A stretch of 64,000 nt of DNA from the human T2T-CHM13v2.0 reference genome, Homo sapiens: the NCBI RefSeq assembly GCF_009914755.1, contig NC_060925.1. One strand, 5' to 3'. Each line of letters begins with the position of its first letter. Within the stretch, counting starts at the first letter, position 1. Below the pieces are notes generated by a model, which was given only the letters and a program-made list of their open reading frames with translations, had not been told where the DNA came from and ran no database searches. Positions 44,743 to 64,000 of this stretch are shown here, one piece after another. A program made the translations under genes and the position numbers.

Positions 44743-45050
44743 TTTTTTTTGTTGTTGTTGTTGTTTTTTGAGATGGAGTCTCGCCCTGTTGCCCAGACTG
44801 AAGTGCAAAGGCCCGATCTCAACTCACTGCAACCTCCGCCTCCTGGGTTCAAAGGATTCTCCTGTCTCAGCCTCCTGAGTAGCTGGGATTACAGGCACCC
44901 GCCAGCACGCCCAGCTATTTTTTTGTATTTTTAGTAGAGACGGGGTTTTATCATGTTGGCCAGGCTGGTCTCGAACGCCTGACCTCATGATCCACCCGCC
45001 TTGGCCTCCCAAATTGCTGGGATTACAGGCGTGAGCCACCGCGCCCGGCC
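44743..45050 (-). mobile_element. Alu in ICMT 3'UTR, inverted relative to 43783-44087
   Basis: TSD GTCCGTCCGGTTTT / GTCTGTCTGGTTTT (two CpG transitions). Confidence 0.93.
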
Positions 45051-46723
45051 GTCTGTCTGGTTTTCAAACCAATCAATGAACCCGTAAGCCTCTTTGGTAT
45101 ATATAACAATGAAAAAATTCATTAAGCCATGAAATCTAGAAATAAGTCATATTTCTGAGTTGATAAAATGCTTTTCTGAACATACATTTTAGGTATCTGG
45201 CACAATTAACCAAATGTCTGCCCATTTTTGTGTAGCTTTCATACAGTACAGATTTCATTGATGTCGCTCCCACATCTGAGTATTAAAAACATTTGACATT
45301 GTTCTTCTCAGTCCTCACAACACCCCTGTGAGGTAGGTGGTATTGACCCCATTCCACAGATGGGGAGGTCTAGGCACGGAAAGGTTTAGTGGCTCCTCAC
45401 AGGCCGCGTGGTGGGGCAGCAGAGTGGTGCTCTGGCCCCGCGCCGACGCCGCCTTCACATTCACACTTCTTCAGTGCCACCGCAACACTGCATGGCAGGA
45501 TCTCACGCTGAGGCCAAGTTCCTGTCTAGTCCAGAATGAAGCCAGCGTCTCACCTCTTAAAGCTTCGATGTGTGACTCAAAGCCAACTTACTCTCCCAAA
45601 CTTGCAAAACAAACATACTGACTGAATCTTAGTTGGGACTATTTGCAGTATTTAAGATTATTTTTGAGAGTCAATCTGCTTGGATTTGTAGTTGTATATG
45701 CTCAAATCCCTTTGGAAAACAGTTTGAAATGACATGAGGGACAATGTAATTTTGAGAACAGAACACAGAAAACAAGAGTTCTGAGACTGGCATTGAAATT
45801 GAGAATATAAGCTATGGTAAAATGAGAATCAAATCCCAAATAAACGGAGAGCAGCACTTCTCAATGTTTAAGGCCACGCACAGGGCAGGCATTCAGTAAG
45901 CACTTCTTGGATCAAAAGAAACTGATGCTCCTTTGAGCCGCCTATCACTGACAACAGGAGCTGAGACCCCCGGGAAAGCCAGCCAGGGCCATGATCCCCT
46001 TGGCCTGGGGCCACGGTCACACAAAGCCACTCAGCCAAATCGTGTAGAGTTATCTAGGCTTACTTGCTGCAGGATAAAAGTTGAACTAGAACACCAAGCA
46101 TTGAGCTAGGAATACCCCTTTGAATGTGTACTGCTACTTATAAAAAATAGGTATGTAGCTATGATTAAATAGATGAAGGGCCAAAGCATCCTATGAGGAA
46201 GTATTTTTAAAATTGTATAGATGTTCATGCAGTGGGGGACAGAAATAAAGAGGTTAAAGCGGTCTGTGTTTTTCGGTTAAATGAAAGGTTGTAAATGCAT
46301 TTTTACCGCTGATAAGAAGGGGTACCTGCTACCCCTTTCTGCTGTGGAGTGTTGCTGAGGACAGAGTCCATCTCTCCCAGCGAGTCCTGGTTATCCTTTA
46401 CTTACACTCTGGCCTCGGGGGCAGTGGCGTGTGGCCTCGGTCCTCCCCAGGTAACTCTGGAGGGCGCTGTGGAATATTGCTGTGATTTGCCCCTTACTCG
46501 TCTTTCACCCATGTTCCGCCTTGATTCGGCATAAGGACAGACTGCTCCAGTGGGGCCTTGGGTCCTCAGGCCTTCTGACCGCTTGGTCTTGAGTGACATT
46601 CCAGAAGAGTGACTAATGACATAAAACGATTAAGAAAATCCATGTGGCAGCGGCCAACCGGAAACAGTTTTGTCCCAGGCTGCACAGGGTCGGAGGCCCC
46701 AAGGTCACCGGGGCCACTGCCCG

Positions 46724-61676
<14,953 letters not shown>

Positions 61677-62502
61677 AGATTGGTGATTTTTTTTAATCAC
61701 CTGCAGCTCCCAGTCATTCACAGGCCTCTGCCCCATCCCCTGTCCATATGGAAGCTGAGAGGGCCGCAGGGAGGGGCCTGTCCAGTGTGGCCGCAGCTCT
61801 TCCCAGGAGGGAATCCCTGTCATCCAAAAGTTTTCTTTCCCCTCCTCTGGCCATTCCAGGCTAAAGGAATGAAAGCTCCCTCTCTCTAGGCTGGAAAACA
61901 GGTAAACGATATGTAATTTATGAGCACCATCAGCCCAAAGTGCACAAGTCATATATGCACAAAGGGGCCGGGTAAATATTTAAAGATTAGAGCCAGCTGG
62001 GGAGAAACACAAAAGGCCAGGGCAATGGGGGTCTTTCTGAATTCACTCTCCCCGAGCTGGGCCAGGTCAGCATTGATGCACTCGCTGGAGTCCCGGCCTT
62101 TGTCCTCTGAAGGGCCCTTGTCTGCTGGGCTATTGGGAGCCCCAACACAGCTAAAGAGAGTTAAACAATCGCAGCCTCTCCAACCGCATCTGGAGACAAT
62201 TGGCTGAGTCATTTCAGAGCTTTTGCTGTGTGTCCCAATAGTTAATTACATGGAGCAATCACTTCATTTCACTTTGAAATGCATCTGCAGAGGGGGACAA
62301 CAGATTTCTCCCTCGTCACCTGCATCCACAGTAGCCTGTGCGGCACTCACCAGTTAGCACTGGTTGAAACCTCTGGAAGTACAGAAGGGAAGGGGCTGCC
62401 ACACGGAGCCACACGGCTGTCCTCTGGGATGGGCCGCAGGTAGGGCTCTTGTCCTGGGGCCCGAAAACCTCTCCCTACTCTTGGTTCCAGACCTGACATA
62501 AT

Positions 62503-62533
<31 letters not shown>

Positions 62534-63249
62534 TGTCAAACTCAAGAAAACCAAATGAGGGGGGAAGGGGTGGCACAGACACTTGTCACTTTCTGCATTA
62601 AATTCCCCAACATGAGACAGGAGGGGGCCCTGAGCAGCCTTGGAGGCTCTAAGAGCCCTCAGAAGTTAGAGAAGGAAGTTTTTTTCCTTGAATGAGCATA
62701 GGGGGGCCTGGGTCTCCCCACTTCTCCTCCTGGACCTGTGCTCCTTTCCAGGCCGCCTTGGGGACCCCAGATGCTAAAGATGGAAAGGGAATTGGTGGCC
62801 TACATCCCAGCTTGCGTAAGCCCCGCTTCTAAGTTGGTCCATGCCCTTCCTGGCAGCCCGAGAGCACTTTGTCCTGCTTGCCCTCAGAGGATAGGGTGAA
62901 CCCACTGCCATTCCCCCTCCAGCTCTGAAAATACCTCCTGGTCTCTGTGAGCCCCTTTGGAGCCAGGCCTGCCTGAGGCTGTGCGAGGATGCCCAGACTC
63001 AGGGCTTGTAATCAGCGTGACAGGCTGGGGTGGAGGGTGGACCCCGAGTCTTCAGCCTGGGTTTCCGGGAAGGGTCCCTGTAGAGACTAGTCTGCTGTCT
63101 TTCCCAATGACCTTGTCAGATGCAAAGCACAATGACTTTAACTTAGTAGGGGAAGTGGCTGCCCAGAGATAGGAGCAAGAAGTGAGGGTAAAGTGGCGAT
63201 GGTGGGGAGAAACTCGGCTCAGAGCTCGGGAAAGGGGAGGGTGGAAATC

Positions 63250-64000
63250 GCACCAAGATCTCTCCCCACCTTGATCCTGCGCGACCCTCGGCCAGTGTAA
63301 GGCGAGTAGCGGGCCAAGGAGGCTGTTTGTGATGGAGGAGCCACGGGTGGGGGCGTCAGAAAGTAGGGGGATCATTCCAGGTGGGGAGACCACTGACCGA
63401 AAACGGGCCACAGGACAGGGGGCGCGGCGGGCAGTGTCGGGGTTGGGGTCGGGGGGCAACGGAGGCGGAAGTCCATTCAGTGGACCAGGGCGGAGCGACG
63501 CCTGAGAATTCCGCCCAGGCCTTGAGGCGGGCCTCGCCTCCCGCAGCCAAAGCAGAACATTGCGAATTAGAGCATTTTGCGGTCAATTTTCCACTGCTTA
63601 AGAAACACTAAGCTATCCACGTGAGCGTCCCCCCGCCCCCGGCCCGATGCGCCTGGAATCCCAGGGGACGGGCTTGGGAGGGGTGGTGGCCCTGGGAACG
63701 GCGGGTGTCGGGGTTCGGGCGGGGGCAGCCTCGTGGCCCCTTTATGGCGGCCCGGACTCAGGAGAGGGGGCGGGCCCGGCACCCAGCGGCGGGCCGCGAG
63801 AGCTGCGCGGAGGGCCATTGGTTTGCTAATGCCCTCGAGTTGAAAGGCGCGGGCGGCGGTTTATAGGGAAGGATTGTAATTAGAGGACAAATTGCCCCGC
63901 TGCCCCGCAGCTCGAGAACGCGGGGAGGGGGAGGCCCGCCGGGGCGCGACGCGCGCCAGGCCTCTGTGCAGATGTGCAGCAGCTGGAAGTCCGCGCCTGG
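63250..64000. promoter_or_regulatory. CpG island at window end (probably upstream of HES3)
   Basis: CpG-rich with embedded AT-rich TF-like motifs; gene assignment from synteny only. Confidence 0.65.

Overview
This is vertebrate genomic DNA that is GC-rich and very Alu-dense. From the encoded proteins and gene order I recognise it as human 1p36.31. Left to right it holds: CHD5 coding exon 1 and its CpG-island promoter (minus strand); the complete RPL22 gene (minus, 4 coding exons, 128 aa, 5'TOP); the complete RNF207 gene (plus, 17 coding exons, 634 aa if a GC-AG intron 3 is used); the complete ICMT gene (minus, 5 exons, 284 aa), whose 3' end overlaps RNF207 tail-to-tail; the divergent ICMT-DT/LINC00337 region; and a distal CpG island, probably upstream of HES3. 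I rebuilt all exon boundaries by hand from splice sites and phase, and they give intact frames. Most ORFs in the supplied track are Alu or CpG-island artefacts. I found no evidence of a wholly new biological system. The best leads are layered RNA-processing features around RPL22: a hidden distal terminal exon about 1 kb from the CHD5 promoter, a candidate poison exon, and upstream antisense donors plus a strong Met34 restart just after the A8 frameshift hotspot. Other leads are the GC donor and minimal G-rich introns of RNF207, a MEF2/TEAD cluster, inverted Alus in the ICMT 3'UTR, and a phased TCF/SOX-site minisatellite.
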